NCBI RefSeq assembly: GCF_009914755.1
Contig: NC_060925.1
DNA: 64,000 nt
Strand: one strand, 5' to 3'
Source: the human T2T-CHM13v2.0 reference genome, Homo sapiens
Positions 18,799-32,799 of this stretch are shown here, one piece after another. The notes under the pieces were generated by a model. It was not told where the DNA came from, searched no databases, and was given only the letters and a program-made list of their open reading frames with translations. How positions within the stretch are numbered: the first letter of the stretch is position 1; the number at the start of each line of letters is the position of its first letter. Position numbers and translations under genes: made by a program.

Positions 18799-18849
<51 letters not shown>
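18799..18849. repeat. (GT)n microsatellite
   Basis: Perfect dinucleotide run of about 25 units. Confidence 0.98.
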
Positions 18850-18850
<1 letters not shown>

Positions 18851-19218
18851 TCCTTTGTTGAAGAGATTGATTTCCGGTATGATGATTTGGGAAGCTCCAG
18901 TGAAAATGATGAAAATCACTTTTTTAAAACCCCAAACACTTAAAGGCTCTGGAAACATGCCTAAGGGCATACAGCAAATGAAGAAATATCTATTAAAGAA
19001 AATCTACAAATATCTGGTAAGAAAAATGATAATCTATTGTATATGAACAATTGTTTCTTTGTAGAAATTGACAAGCGAATTCTCAAATTCATAAGGATTT
19101 GCAGAGGACCCAGAATAGCTATAACAATCTTGAGAAAGAATCTTGGCTGGGTGTGGTGGCTCACACCTGTAATCCCAGCACTTTGAGAGACTGAGGTGGG
19201 CGGGTCAAAAAAAAAAAA

Positions 19219-19716
19219 TACAGGTCACAAAGACTTTGCTGCTAAAACAGGCTGCGGTAAAGAATCCAGGCAAAACCCACCAAAACCAAGAGGGCAATAA
19301 AAGTGACCTCTGGTTGTCCTCATTGCTCATTATACGCTAATTATAATGCATTTTAATGCTAAAAGACACTCCTCCCAGCACCATAACAGTTTACAAATGC
19401 CATGGCAACATCAGGAAGTTACCCTATATGGTCTAAAAAGGGTAGAAACCTTCAGTTTTGGGATTTGCCTACCCCTTTCCCTGAAAACTCATGAATAATC
19501 CACCCCTTGTTTAGCATATAATCAAGAAATAACCATAAAAATAGCCAACCAGCAGCTCTCAGGGCTTCTCTGCCTATGGAGTAGCCATTCTTTATTCCTT
19601 TATTTTCCTAATCAACTTGCTTTCACTTTACTCTATGGATTTGCCTCGAATTGTTTCTTGCACAAGATCCAAGAATGCTCTCTTGGGGTCTAGATCAGGA
19701 CCCCTTTCCTGTAACA
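19219..19716 (+). mobile_element. MER41B-like ERV1 LTR (5'-truncated)
   Basis: acaggtcacaaagac...aatgccatggcaacatcaggaagttaccctatatggtct...cccctttcctgtaaca; keeps the B-type segment with GAS-like sites. Confidence 0.85.
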
Positions 19717-20117
19717 CAGGATAAGTGCTCTCCCCTCTCTCTGTGGGACGAGGGCCCACTGAGTACTTTTCCTAGAGGGAGGTAAGGAAACAAAGGATTT
19801 TCCTTAGGGAAATGGCCCAAACACCTTGTGGGCCATAACCAAACGTTGGTAAGTACACTCTGATGGTACTTATAGAACCTGACACAGGGTTTCACTAGCT
19901 AAGGAATTATTTTGGTTCCACCCATAGTGGAAACAATAGAAGTAACCCTGTTGTGATTGGCAGTCCCAAGGGGGCCTTGTGTCTTTGGATGGAATTTATA
20001 GATGGCTCTTTGCTGACCAGAGTTCATCATAATGGGTAGGGGAAGGGCTGAGTGCATAAGACTGGCGTTGGTTGAGTCTTTGAACCAGTAAAATGGCTCC
20101 CTTTAGATGTGGGAGCC

Positions 20118-20703
20118 TGACAACCAAAATTAGTGACTGAAGCATAAGTTTCAAATCATCAAGGTTTATTAAGCCAGCTTGAGGGTGCGCCCAGGAAAAA
20201 TGAGAGTCACAGACACATCTGCAGCTCTTTTTTTCCAAAGAGGTTCTCAGGAGGTTTGATATTTATACATTTTCCTTAAAAAAGGAATGGGAGCAGTGAG
20301 AGGAATTACTACATATTTGTCAGACTTTAGTTAGTGCCCAGGAAATCTACATTTTACATAATAAAAGGTGAACATTTGAAGAGAAGAGGAATAGAGGAAG
20401 CAGATGTCTCAGAGAAGGGTGAAGAAGCGACTAATCTCATCTCGTCTTTGTTCTATACCTGGGAAGATAAGTTAGTCATTGACATTATCAGCGTGGAGTC
20501 TTTCGAAAGAGCTGGTTTCTGTGTAGCCCTTAGGGAAGAAAGCCTAATGGCAGTTATCAAGGGAGCAGATGTAATGAGGTATGTCCAACCTTCTATAGCA
20601 TCATGGCCAGGACTTAGCTTCCAAGGTTTCTCTGGGGTCCCCTTGGCCAAGAGGGGATCACTTCAGTCAGCTAGGGCCTTGGAATTTTATTTTTTATTTC
20701 TCA
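20118..20703 (-). mobile_element. MER4-group ERV1 LTR (MER72-like)
   Basis: Minus strand starts tgagaaataaaaaataaaattcc...cccctcttggccaaggggaccccagagaaacctt. Confidence 0.65.
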
Positions 20704-21051
20704 GGTCTCAGTAAGGCAACCTGGGGAAGAGTCATTCCCCACCTGGGGATTCTTGAAGACACATGTTAGATATAAATGAGGCTTGGTGAGAAGGGGGGAT
20801 GACAGGAGTCTTGGGGACCTGCCTGGGTATCATCTTTCCTACTCTGAACTTGTCCGTGTGAGGAAGCACCCAAGGACCAACACGGAGATGATATCTGCCT
20901 TTAGGTCCCTCAGCCCAGATCCACGGTGGAGGCAGAATTAATTAAGGTGTGAGTTGGTGACTCCCTCCCCGCATTTCCCCATCATCCTGTCTCTCCTTTG
21001 CCCAAGACAAAGCCCTCTTTTAAAGGCTAGGAGCTTCTGCTACTATGAGAA

Positions 21052-21624
21052 TGTGAGAGGAGAAAGGAAGAAACCAGTCAGGCAGGCAGTTAGGGTGGGT
21101 CCTCAGTTAAATTCTTTCAAACAAAAGAACAGCCTGAAAAATCAAGCTGCAGGCAAAGATGAGGAAATTTGCACAGGGGGTCGTGCCTAAGACATTCCCA
21201 CAGCTGCACAGATAAGAACAACTGCACAGGTGACTTGCCCAGATGTGCTTGCAATGGAAAATTCCGTCCTTTAACACATATGCGTAAGGGGAACAAAACA
21301 ATATGGAGTAACTCAAGCTAAGGGCTCCCATGCGCATTAGGAGAATGAGGTGGAGCTACCAGAAATTTGTGCCTTATGTACATGAGAGGCCTAGCCCTTA
21401 TCAGTTTCTTATAAAAGGCTTTATATTCAACTATAAAAATGGCAACCCATTCGGGACCCCTCTCTGCTGTGGAGAGCTTTCTTCTTTCGCTTATTAAACT
21501 TTCACTCCAACTTCATCCTTTGTGTTCATGCTCCTTAATTCTCTTGGTTGTGAGACAAAGAACTTGGGGTGATACCTCACAATGAGAGACTGCTACATTG
21601 TGGTACATTGCTGAGACTGTAACA
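21052..21624 (+). mobile_element. MER50-like ERV1 LTR
   Basis: gagaggagaaaggaagaaaccagtcaggcaggcagttagggtgggtcctc...ttattaaactttc...gtaaca. Confidence 0.7.
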
Positions 21625-23096
21625 AAAGCAGCCTTTGCTTACTACATATTTCATCAAGAGGAACTTACATATTTATTATAAGGTTTTTACTTTTAAGGAC
21701 TGAATCCCAGTATCATGTCTCTGCTCAGTGCTACAGGAAAGCAAGTGGCATCCAGGCAGAGCCTGTGGAGATCTATCACTGTGGGGCCAATTTAACCTGC
21801 AGTAAAGAGGCTTGTGCATTTGAGCTTTATAGTAACAGCCTTCAAATGCTAGTTCCATGTCCATGGAACACAAATGACCATGTGTCTGAGAAAGAGTTTG
21901 GGCATGCAATGTAGCAGCTTCATGTGAGGAATTGTATTTGTCAAACTAAGGCAGCCTAAACTGTTGGAACTTATGCTTGATTTAAGGGAGTTGATGATGT
22001 AGGCAGGGGAGACAACCCAGAGAGCTCATCTGCAGTCCACAGACCTCCTAAAGAATCCATAAGTGGAGCTCTGTCTCAATATAATTGGTTTCCTAGGTAA
22101 TCCTATACATTTTATCTTATGTATTTAAAGACACTATTCAGAGAAGGGGTCCATAGGCTTTACTAGTTTGTCAAAGTCATCTATGGCACCAAAAAGACTC
22201 AAAGAATAAGAACCTAGTACCTCTCTCTCCTTTCTCCTCTCTTTTCCCTTTTCTTTTCTCCATCTCCTTTCTCAGTTTTTATAGCAGGGCAATTATAAGA
22301 CAAAAAAGCCCGCTGTTACTAACACTGATCCCTCTTCACAGCATACTTTTGATATGTTTGTTTAAAAATCTACATTCCTATCAGGAGAGGAGTGGGGAAA
22401 GACAAAGGAGATGACCTAATTTTTAGTTTCTAGTGAGGAAGGGATCCATTGTGTGGTTTATTTATACCCAGTTCCCTCCAGAAAAGCCTTGGGACAAATA
22501 TAAACATTTCAACATATGTAAACCTATGTTTTAGGCATTAAACAGCAGGAGAGAGAGCAGGGAGTGATCCTGGGGTGCTTGCACAGACCTTGCTCAGCTG
22601 TGGAAATCAGCATTAGCATTTGGCTCTATTCCAAAAAGCTCCTTCATCACCTTCAGAGCATATCTCAGAATCTAATAATAATTTAAGTGAGTATTTTTGT
22701 CAAACTTTAAAAGCTTGGCACGTTCTGTCCTTTAATATCTTCCCTCAGAAAAGGAAAGCTGCTTAATAAGTCTCAATGGCAATGGATGGAATCATTAATC
22801 AAGAGGAAGAAAGTTTTTTTTAATAGTCATTTGACTTAATTCATCTTAATTTGTCTCCAAAATATTTTCCTAGGGAGGAATTGGACAATTCAAGTCTTTT
22901 TTGGTCATCAGCATTGATAAGGCTTTGGTCCTCAGGTAGTAGTGGGGTCATTGTAGGAAAGTTCCAGCTTCCAATTCTTTATGTAGTTTGGTTTTTTTGA
23001 ATGTTGGTCAAAAACAAGATGGTGCAACTTTATCAGACGTTTTCAGAAATCATTAGGAATAAAAATTCCATTACGATCCCAAAATATGTATTAGTC

Positions 23097-23595
23097 CTAT
23101 AGCAGACACAATTCATTGCCCACTCCCCATAGTCATTTTTCCTTCCCTTTCCCTCCATTCCTTTCCCTGGGCACATGACTACCCAGCTAAAGACCACATT
23201 TCCAGCCTCTTTTGCAGCACAAGATGGACACATAACTAAGTCTTGGCCAGTGAGATGTGAGCAGAAGTGGTACGTGTACTTTCTAGGTCATTCCTTTAGC
23301 AAAAGAATGTGTCCACTCTCACCTTTCTTCCCTTCCCATGAGCTGGAAGGTAGGAGTTATGGCAGGAGCTGGAGTAGACTGGGAGGTGAAGCCACGTGCT
23401 GAGAATGGCATGGCAACAAGGTAGAAGAAACCTGTCTGTCCTACAAGATAGAAGAAGCCTAGATCTCCAACACTACAGAACCACCATACCAACCCTGAAC
23501 CATCTACTCATTCTTTTATGTAAGAGAAATATGCTTTGTTAGAGACACCATTATTTTGGCCTTTGGTATAGTAGCTAAATCTGTACCCTAACCCA
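23097..23595 (+). mobile_element. MLT1J-like MaLR LTR
   Basis: accacatttccagcctcttttgcagc...aagtcttggccagtgagatgtgagcagaagtg. Confidence 0.55.
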
Positions 23596-23710
23596 TGTTG
23601 ATCTCAGTCACACTTCTTCTTACTCCTAGTTACTCTTATTCTCTTCTGGGCTCCATTTCATTTTGCCAGCCAACCTCTGACATTTTGCTATCATGATACA
23701 TTGCCAAAGC

Positions 23711-24464
<754 letters not shown>

Positions 24465-24885
24465 AAAGCTTCCTCAGTCACTCGCCCTTCCTGCAGCTTA
24501 TATGACTTCCTCATCCAATCACCACTCCACATCTCATTCTCAATTCTCCACCATGGCCTACCTCTAGATAATCCGTGATCTCTAACTTCTGCAAAGGATT
24601 CATAGAGATAAAGCAACAAAAGCTGCCAATATTTATTTTAACACTTAACACATGCCAGTTTCTATTCTAAACTAATTATGTATGAATGTAATGTCTAAAC
24701 TAATTACATCTCATTTTAACCTTTCACCAGCCCTTCAAGGTAAGTAGTTTTATTCCCTCCATTTTGAAGATGAGGAATCTGAGGCACAGACAGGTGAGGG
24801 GATGCCCTTCCCACTCATCCTGACAGCAGTTCTGACTCCAGAAACCCTAAACAGAGACAAGCAAGATCAGAAAAGTCCGTGAACG

Positions 24886-25130
24886 AGGCAGGTGAATTGC
24901 TAGAGGCCAGGAGTTTGAGAGCAGCCTGTGCAACATAATAACACCATGTTTCCACAATAAAGTTAAAAACTAGCCTGGCATGGTGGGCACGCCTGTAGTC
25001 CCAGCTACTCAGGAGGCTGAGGTTGGGAGGATCCCCTGAGCCCAGCAGTTTGGAGCTATGGTGAACTGTAATCACACCGCTGCACTCCAGCCTGAGTGAC
25101 CCTGCCTCAGAAACAACAAAAGAAGAAAGA
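24886..25130 (+). mobile_element. 5'-truncated Alu (AluJ-like)
   Basis: Alu body followed by a purine-rich tail. Confidence 0.88.
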
Positions 25131-25135
25131 GAGAA

Positions 25136-25191
25136 GGAAGGAAGGAAGGAAGGAAGGAAGGAAGGAAGGAATAAAGGAAGGAAGGAAGGAA
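25136..25191 (+). repeat. (GGAA)n microsatellite, 9+4 units
   Basis: (GGAA)9-TAAA-(GGAA)4 read directly from the sequence. Confidence 0.95.
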
Positions 25192-25999
25192 GGACGGATG
25201 GGAGGGTGGGAGGGAGGGAAGAGAGGAAGAAAGAAAAGTCCTTGAGGTCACTGAAGAGTATGACGGCCAGGCTATCTATGACCAGTGGCAGCTGCTGGGT
25301 GGTGGAGACAGGCTGAGCAGTTTTGGGGGACTCCTGCATCTCTGTCTCTCAAGAAACGGCACAACTTTTGTTGGGGTTCTGCTCTCTCTCCCTCGCTCCC
25401 AAACACACAGAATTCCATGGTTGTTTTAAATGGTGTTCTCCCCAGTGATTCCCTCAGAATCCTCCAATTCCTATCCTTGGGCTCTCTCTTATTTTTTATT
25501 TTTTCCTTTGTCAAGCTTTCTGCTTACTGAGAACCACATAATAGCAGAAAGCAACTTACCAAGCCAGACCCCAGAGAGCCCTACAAGTTGGAACTGGGTC
25601 TCTCCTCTCAGCCTGGGGACAACTGTGTCTCTCTTCCCCATTAGGCACATTGACCAACTGACAGATATTCAGTATGGTCACAGAGAAGGCAATCTGGAGT
25701 AAAAGATGCTTATTTAAAATGGAAAATTCTTCCTCTCTCATCCTTCCTTTTTTCTACTGAAAATGTCTCTCTGTCCCTTGCTCCCTCTGGCAGCTTCAGC
25801 AAGGATGATGTGTGATCACATGTTAATTGAGTTGTAATTCCTCCTCCTGTTAAAGTGGGTAGTTAATTGTTCATGGGAAAATTTAATGCTGTTGTACTAG
25901 GGATGTCACAGAGAGTTCTTCCTTCTTCACACCAGTATGTAGTCCATGCTACATGTCAGCTGTATTGTCATTATCCTGCCAAATGGATGAAAGGATTGC

Positions 26000-26640
26000 A
26001 GTGGTTACGGTCAATTGGCACTCAGCATCTAGTCCGCCTTCCCAGGTAGAATTTCCTGTTTGATTTACAGAGGCTGGTAAACTAAACTCTTCATTTCTCA
26101 GACTACCTTGCAGCTAGGTTTCTAGAAGAGAATTAGATTCTCCCAATTAGATGTGCCTGACTCAAGTGAGACAAAGGCTCTCTTCCTGCAGCTTTGACTA
26201 TTAAGTATCTACTGGAGAACCAAGCAGCTAAGCTTGTCCTACCTCAGGGTCTTGCTCAGAGCCATCCCTGGAACCAGCAGCAAGCATGGCTGTACAGACG
26301 TTATGTTTCTCAATAGCAGACTTCCAGTGCTCTGTCACCAGCCTTGTAGTTGTCAGGGGCAATGATGTGGTGGCAGTGTTGGTGGTGGTAGCAGATGCCT
26401 GAATCCAGCTATGGCTATGGCCACATGGATTTTTAATTCATCAGCTTCAGATTTACCCACCTTGGTAGCAGCTCCCCTATTGGGCCAGTTCTGGTGTGCT
26501 GTTCTGAAAGTTGTTCTAGGAGGCACAGTCTGGGGTCGGCTGCTTCAGCCCTGGCAATAATCTTTCAGGCGTCTAATTCCTGATACTACATAATCTTTTT
26601 GTTTAAAATTGGTATAATGGGTTCTGTTTCCTATACCTGA
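26000..26640 (+). mobile_element. Old ERVL-type LTR (LTR33-like)
   Basis: catttctcagactaccttgcagctagg...ccaattagatg resembles LTR33/LTR16-group sequence; boundaries approximate. Confidence 0.4.
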
Positions 26641-27417
26641 ACGCTTTTAAAACGTGGAGGGGGGGGGGGGGGGGTTGGGGGTTTGGAAGTACAAACAGCT
26701 GAGAGCCATGGAGAAAAATTCTAGCATTTGGCTATGGAAAGGGGACAGTCATAGTACTGTTCTTGCTGAAATGCCCATGAAAAGCTAGAAAGGTATTTTT
26801 TATGCCTATTTGTATTACAAGTTGGTCAGAGGGCTTAGATTTAAAGCTTGTCCTAGGAAATTTCATTCATTTAGTCATTCAACAAACCTTTATTTTCTAC
26901 CAGGAACGATACTAGGCACTGTGGCCAAATAAAGAATAAACCATAACCATGCTCTCCAGGTGTTTAGAGCAAACATCCAAAGGAAAATTAAAGGCAGCTT
27001 GGAAGAAGCATCTTAATCAAAGTTTGGGAATAAGACCAAATTTAGATTAAATTGTGATTGATGACAGTTAAAATTACCCAATTCTGTAGAGCTGTTCCCC
27101 TTAAATTCTTTTTGGAGCTGACATAAGTCAGTAGATAAATATCACTGCCTATGTGTTTCATTGAAATGCTTGTTTCCTGAGCATCTTCCCCAAGTGGAGT
27201 GTTTGTTTCATATGCATTAGCAAAAAATTACATTTTTCATTTAAAAAATATCTAGAAATGTTATTCTAAACTAGAACTGAGGTACAACACACATACTGTG
27301 GTTTGGAATGTGATATCAAGGAATCTATCACCAGCTCGGCACAGAGCATTCCAACTCTGGGAAAAATACAGCATCCTAAATGACGAATTTGCCAGTGGCA
27401 CCCTTATTGACCAATTA

Positions 27418-27813
27418 TTAGGTTGGTACAAATGTAATTGCGGTTTTTGTCATTAAAAGTAATGGCAGGCCGGGTGCAGCGGATCATGCCTGTAATCCCA
27501 TGACTTTGGGAGGCTGAGGCGGGCGGATCACCTGAGGTCAGGAGTTCAAGACCAGCCTGGCCAACATGGTGAAACCCCATCTCTACTAAAAAATACAAAA
27601 ATTAGCCGGTGGTGGTGTGGTTGTTGATGCCTGTAATCCCAGCTACTCGGGAGGCTGAGGCAGGAAGAATTGCTTGAACCCGGGAGGCAGAGGTTGCAGT
27701 GAACCAAGGTCACACCACTGCACTCCAGCCTGGGTGACAATGAGACTCTGTCTCAAAAAAAAAAAAAAAAAAAAGTAATGGGAAAAACTGCAATTACTTT
27801 TGCACCAACCTAA
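27418..27813. mobile_element. MADE1 (Hsmar1 mariner MITE) split by an Alu (27468-27774, +)
   Basis: TIRs ttaggttggtacaaatgtaattgcggttttt / aaaaactgcaattacttttgcaccaacctaa with TA flanks; Alu TSD aaaagtaatgg. Confidence 0.92.
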
Positions 27814-28017
27814 TATATTGAGTGTTTATTTTAACCTCTTTAAAACAAAAACATAACTCTTCATTTTCTTCCCCAAACATTTGTTTCCATGAGGGCAAGG
27901 ACCTTTTCTATTTTGTTCACTGCTGTATCTCCAGCAACTAAAAATAGACTCTTGCACACAGCTGGGCTCGATCAATATTATTTGAATGTTGAATATATCT
28001 TTTTAAAAGATTTTCTG

Positions 28018-28634
<617 letters not shown>

Positions 28635-29827
28635 GATCCTTCTGGCTAATGTGTGAAGGATAGGCTATGGGGTGCAAGATGGCAAGCAAGGTGGCTACAG
28701 TAATCCAGGTGGGCAGGTGAGAGATGGTGGTGGCTTGGATTAAGGGTCTTTGGTGGAAGTGATAAGAAGTAGTCTGATTTGGGATCTCCTTAGAATGGAA
28801 ACCAGTCAAGACCTGCCAATGGATAGGCTATGGAGTGTGAGAAAAAAAAAAAAGGAATCAAGAATGACTCCTAAATCTACTGCTAGAGCAATTGGAGGAA
28901 TCACGGTCCATTTACCGGAACTCTCGGCATAGGGACAGCCCAGGCAGCAGCCTAGGCAGGTGTGTACATGGCCTGTTCAAGGAAGAGCAAGGAGGCCAGT
29001 GAGCAGTGAGCCAGAACAGGCAGGAGCTGAGGTCAGAGAGGTGTTTGGCACAGATCATGAGGATCTTGTCAAGGAAGGTGAAGACAGTTGATGTTGTTCT
29101 GAGTGATGGGAAGCTCTTGGAGGTACAAACTGCAAGTGTTCTAACACATGATCACATTTGCATTTTTAAAGGTGACTCAGGCTACTTGTGTAGAAAATCG
29201 ACCACAGAAATGAAGAAATAAAAATGGAGAGACTGGTTAGAGCTATAGCAGGGGAGCAGGTAAGAGACAGTGGTGGCTTGGACCAGGTTGGTGGCTGGGG
29301 TGGGGATGAGACCAGTGAGATCATGTCTGCTTCTGAAACATGCCAAGCTCATTCCCTCCTCCTGGACCCTTCCCTGGTTGTTCCTACTAACTGGGCTGCG
29401 CTTCACTCACTATTCCACCTCATGCAGGTCTCTTTCCAATTATCACCTCCTCAGAGGTCTTCCCTGAGGAAGATCCCCTTTAACATGGTGCCTGGTGCCT
29501 CCTCTCTCACTCCCCTTTCTTTGCTTTATTTTACTCACTCTGTGTCATCCACTGTTTTTATATTTTACTGATGTATTTTTATCATCAACTTCCCCCACTA
29601 AAAGGTCAACTCCATCAGGACAGAGGCTTTGTTGTACCCACTGCTGCATCACCAGCCTCTAGGTCCGTGTCTGCAAACAGGTATTTGTTGAATATAAACG
29701 AAGCACTTAGGTAGGTGCTGGGAAGATTTTCTTTATATGACAAAGGGTTTCCTATGCAAATATTCAGTGTAAACATGACTAAAGGACAGGGAATATTCAA
29801 ACTATGTTAAGGAACATGCTATGTTAG

Positions 29828-30143
<316 letters not shown>

Positions 30144-32799
30144 CTACACGGGGGAACTTCTCATTGACATACAGTCAACAGGTGAGGGGCATAGCAGCAG
30201 GTCGATTCTTATGTATGTGAGTACTCTCTTGCACCAAGATACAGGTCTAAACGAAAAAAATTTAGTTATTTTTAATAAAAATGCCTGGTTCATATTTAAA
30301 AAAATAGAACTTCTGGGGGGTGTAATTCCTGTAATTCCTGTTAAAAAAAAAAGTAGCACGTATTCACAATATAGATCTTTACACAAACACATGCATTGAG
30401 CAAATACATGTTGTCTTATTATTTTTGAATGCAGTCTTTTCTCCCCATTTCCTTTTCTATGGTCAGCCCTCGCCCCATTTTCTTCCCACCATAACACCTT
30501 GAATATGGAGTATACTTTTTTTTTATGTAATTCTGTATAGAATATATACCTATACACATACCCAGGGGAATGCTGTTTATTGTTTTACAATGTGGGATCA
30601 TTTATACATCTTTTCTCTCCTCATCTCAACACCACCTCATAGAAACTCCTCCAAGCTATCTGGCATACTCTGATTTTCCATGTTCATTGGTTACATACTA
30701 TGCCATGGTGTGGACGTGTAATAATGTGTTCAGCTTTTCCCTCTTGGGAGGCAACCCTCTGTTTCCTGGCTTTTGCTCCAACAAACTATGCCATAACACC
30801 CATCTTTGAAATGTACAGTTTCAGAGCAGGAGGTGAAGTTGGATGCTCTTTCATTCAATCCCACAGTTAAGATAAATAAGGATCAGAAAAGTAAAAGAAC
30901 ATGCCCAAGGTCACACAGCTATTTGCTTGGTGCTTTGTAAAAATTTGAATAGCTATTATTTCACATGCTCTTCACAAGCAGGGCAAGTATTATCAGGTCA
31001 ACCTTAAAAGTGGAGAAACTGAAGTCAAAGAGACCAATTGCTTTGATTTTATTACCAGTGAGGGCTAAAGCTAGGGCTTAAAGCCAGGACTTCTGATTCC
31101 TGATCCCCAGTAGCTTCTTCCACTCCTGCGTTGATGGAAACCATTAACTCAAAACTTCTACAGGGCAGCCTTCTGTTAATATATTCTAGACATCAACTGT
31201 ACACCAAGCCTGAAAAAAAAAAAAAGTTTCGTTAAGAGAATGACACAGTGTGGATTTACCCATAATTCATAGCATACTTTCCTTACCTATTAGAATAAAT
31301 GATAGTTGAGGTTGTTAAAAGTCTTTAAAATTAAATAGATTAAATTGTGAGTGCTGGCTCTGCCAGTAACTCTGCAACCTTCAGCAGATTACCCAGCATC
31401 CCTAAAACCCAGTTTCCTCATCTATAACCAAGGATATAATTGCACGGCACCTGCCTTCTCAGGTATTGTTAAGATTAGATGCCACAGGTGTAAGAGCAGA
31501 TAGGATAGTAGGATCTTGATAAAGATTAGCTATTATTTTGGATGCTGTAATTCTTAGGTCTCACCCAACTGAACCGGTAGATATCTTTGATATCTTTCCT
31601 TCTTCACTCTTGTCTAGGACAGGGAAAGCCTTTCTTATCTATGGGTCCAGGGCAGTTCGATATCCTTGCTGGTTACTTTGTTATTTCTTCGTAAGTGTAG
31701 GGTTACAGCGGGAAAGACCTTGAGAGTTGTCTCTTTTAGCATTGTACATTGGCTAAAGTGGAGGGGAATCTGTCCCCAAAAATGGCAGAGTGGGAATATT
31801 CTGACCCTTCTGAGCACGGCTGACAGTGTGAGCCATGGAGAATGATGACATTTTTCAGCAACAGAACTGTCAATGGATGTGTTACAGCTATTTTAGTGCC
31901 TTCTCCCCTCCTGGAGAAAAGCCATTTTCAAACCCGTTGCTTGCAATGCATTAAGTGATGAAATACAGATAACAAATTGCGCATTTGTTTGGCTTCATGC
32001 TTATTACACCCCCGGTTCTGGAAAGCATTGCACTTAGCCCCTTAATAATCCCTCTCCTGAGATCAATTACTAGGATTTATCTGGTTCCTCGAGCATAAAA
32101 GTGTTTTATTGTTTTTACTTTTGCTCCAAGTGAAGTGTGAGTGGGTAGGCCAGGTTAAAATGGACTGTCCCAGACAAGAATATGAAGCTGGGATCATTGG
32201 CCCTGCTTTTACTGTCTACCAGGTCCTCATGACCAGGAAAGGGGGGAATATTTGGAAGCCACTTCCCTGGGGAGGCACCAGGTCCAGATGTCCTCATCTC
32301 TGGCTATTTGCACGTATATAGAACACAGGTCTGCAGGTGCCTAGGAAGGTGGGTGCTGTTCCACGGGAGAAGCTGGAAAGCAGAACCAAGTTACCATCTC
32401 AGACCAAATCGTTTTTCCTCTAGAATTTCACTGTAATCCAAACCAGTTGAACATTTGAGAAGAACTGGGTACCATGAAAAGGGGTAATGGAATTAGCTTT
32501 CATGTTTTTCCAGGACTCTAAACCATATTTCCTGTCACAACTGTACATTATTAATACAAGGCATCTGTTAGCGCACAACTGCCTGAAAATGTGCACCCAA
32601 AAACCTTACATCTGGTTTCAATAATTTATTTCTGACATTTGTAGTTGGTGGTGGTGGGGAGTGGGGGGAGGATGGGAAAAAGGGGGGAATTAAAGCAAGA
32701 TGTTGCCTTTAACCCATCAGAAGCTCCTGTTGGAGCCGAAAGCTGGAGTTCTTAACGTGGTTTCTGCATTAGGTAATATATTAATTTAGCAGCAAATAG

